In this document: positions 61,901-64,000 of the stretch, in pieces
How positions within the stretch are numbered: the first letter of the stretch is position 1
Layout: every line of letters starts with the position of its first letter
Source of the DNA: Podarcis tiliguerta
Lineage: Eukaryota
Assembly: GCA_965153285.1 (NCBI GenBank)
Contig: OZ229121.1
Strand: one strand, 5' to 3'
DNA: 64,000 nt
Notes under the pieces: model-generated
Databases searched by the model: none
What the model was told of the DNA's origin: nothing
The model's input: the letters and a program-made list of their open reading frames with translations, nothing else
Position numbers and translations under genes: made by a program

Positions 61901-63532
61901 TTGGAGTAAACAGATTTGGGATTGCATTGTCAAAAGTAAAATGCATTTTCTTCAGTGACAATCCTGTCCAAGGAATCTAGTAACCTAAAAACGTTGAAGC
62001 CCTGCATTTCACATCTGGCTCTTAAAATATAATGTGTATCCTAGATATACACTGTTTCTCTCATTTCATATAAACGCAGCGGATATAATAAGCTGTAAAA
62101 AATGTTGATGGGATTCTCAAGCTTAACATTTGGTCTAGAGAGCAATTGGATTTCTGCTTTCCCACTGGCACTGGCCAGCTTTTCTTCTTCCTTTTGCAAT
62201 CATTCCCCCTGAAAGCTGTGAAGTAAAATACACCCACATGCACACCAAATAAAATAAAAGCCGAAGACAACAGGAGGTCCCTCTCACTTGTTAGCTCACC
62301 AGCTTCAGTTGGTTAAAGGTGTGATGTCCTAGTGAACGGAGCCTGAACTGCTACAGAGAGCACACCCCGGCTTCTGAGCAGCCCTGCCTGAGCTACACAC
62401 AGCCGTGGCCACGCACACAGGAAGCATCATTACAAAGTGATAAAACTGCTTCCAGCTATATGGTTTTAATGTTGTTAATGCTAACTAAAAAGGAAAAGAA
62501 ATGGGGAGGGAGAGCAGGCACGGGGAATATAAGAATCCTACCATGCGAATGTATCGCACAGCTTAATTGCTGGCTTCTGTATCCCAAACCCTTTTAAATC
62601 CCGCAAATACTGGCGGGGGGAGGGGGGAGAGAAGCTACAAAAGACTTAGCTACACAAATGTTAACTAGATTCAAGTCCAAAAGCGCTGCACCTCTCACTT
62701 TTATTAACCAATTTTGGACAGCTATAATTGAAATCCACTTTGGGGGAGGGGGATAAAATGGATTCAGAAATCAAACAGAAAACCAGGTGTATACAACTCC
62801 CAAATATTAAAATTAAGTTCCAGGAAATCAACCCCCTATTCCCCGTTCAGCTTTACTTATTTCCCATGTTGTCAATAGAAGGCTCATCAACTTGGAGGAC
62901 AGACCAAAGATGAATACTGCGTTCCCCATGTTTTCACAGTATTTTCCACAAGCTACCAATTGAGATAATAACTGGAGGGCACTACCCTTTTCACAATCAG
63001 GCGGCAATCTGCTGACATATACTGCATGCTGAGTGAGGAACAGTTGGCCTTTCAAGTCTAGTCTCGCACTGCAAGAAAAGGAGGGACGACGCTATCCAAT
63101 AATCCATAAACCATCGTTTGTATTTTTGAGCCTACTCTTAAAGAAACAACAACAACCCACAAGGTGTGTAGCAAAACCTAGCTTCCTGTGGTTTTATTTT
63201 TGTTTTTTAAGTTACCATATAGCAGATGTGGAAAAACATGCAGCTTCTGTATGGCTGCACATTTATGTGGCTTATCGGTTTAGAAATGTCGTTTCTCATT
63301 TAAAAAAACAAAACAAATTGCTTTTCCAGCCTTCATGGGTGTAGAGCTATGTTTAGAAGCGTAGTAGCAAAACAGAAGAAAAAAGCTACATGCATGTGTT
63401 ATTTTTATGTAGATATTATTAACATCATTTATTTATTTATTTATTTATTCTTATTTATTAAATTTGAATACTGTAATACTTATATTATGTGAACCTAGGA
63501 ATCTTTAGTTTTGAATGTACATATACCTGCCC

Positions 63533-63949
63533 AGTAGTGATGTATGGAAGTGAGACCTGGACCATAAAGAAGGCTGCTCGCCGAAGAATTGATTCTTTTG
63601 AATTATGGTGCTGTAGGAGACTCTTGAGAGTCCCACGGACTGCAAGAAAATCAAACCTATCCATTCTGAAGGAAATCAGCCCTGAAGGACAGATCCTGAA
63701 GCTGAGGCTCCAAGACTTTGGCCACCTCATGAGAAGAGAAGACTCCCTGGAAAAGACCCTGATGTTGGGAAAGATGGAGGGCACAAGGAGAAGGGGAAGA
63801 CAGAGGACGAGATGGTTGGACAGTGTTCTCGAAGCTACCAGCAGGAGTTTGACCAAACTGCAGGAGGCAGTGGAAGACAGGAGTGCCTGGCGTGCTCTGG
63901 TCCATGGGGTCATGAAGAGTCAGACACGACTGAACGACTAAACAACAAC
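63533..63949 (+). mobile_element. BovB/RTE LINE 3' fragment
   Basis: Same family; 12-nt internal deletion; 10-bp TSD atacctgccc. Confidence 0.95.
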
Positions 63950-64000
63950 ATACCTGCCCCACCAAGTAATCTGGTTAATTCTAGTGTTTGAATCATTTTG

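Overview
Eukaryotic genomic DNA from a squamate reptile, probably a lacertid lizard (inferred from Sauria SINEs, BovB/RTE LINEs and squamate-type MITEs). It holds the conserved vertebrate block ZCWPW2(-) <- CpG island -> AZI2/NAP1(+) -> <- CMC1(-). Gene models were built by hand from splice sites, phase and remembered human orthologues. ZCWPW2 has 7 coding exons here (291 uninterrupted codons); its last exon lies left of the window. AZI2 is complete: exon 1 plus 7 coding exons, 382 aa, with a GC-AG final intron. CMC1 contributes its last two coding exons. Introns carry a young 5'-truncated BovB copy with an intact 2.6-kb ORF, two short BovB copies, four Sauria SINEs, two solo LTRs plus a probable third, many hAT and Tigger-type MITEs, and old L2/CR1 fragments. 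Most notable: (1) a duplicated AZI2 exon-1 donor that keeps an upstream ATG in frame; (2) a GC donor just after the TBK1-binding domain; (3) a SINE flanked by a 95-bp duplication; (4) a hAT MITE family carrying the same ACTACAnnTCCC (ZNF143/THAP11) motif as the shared promoter; (5) an intact ZCWPW2, a marker of the PRDM9 pathway. I found no evidence of a wholly new gene system, and most short ORFs in the track are spurious.
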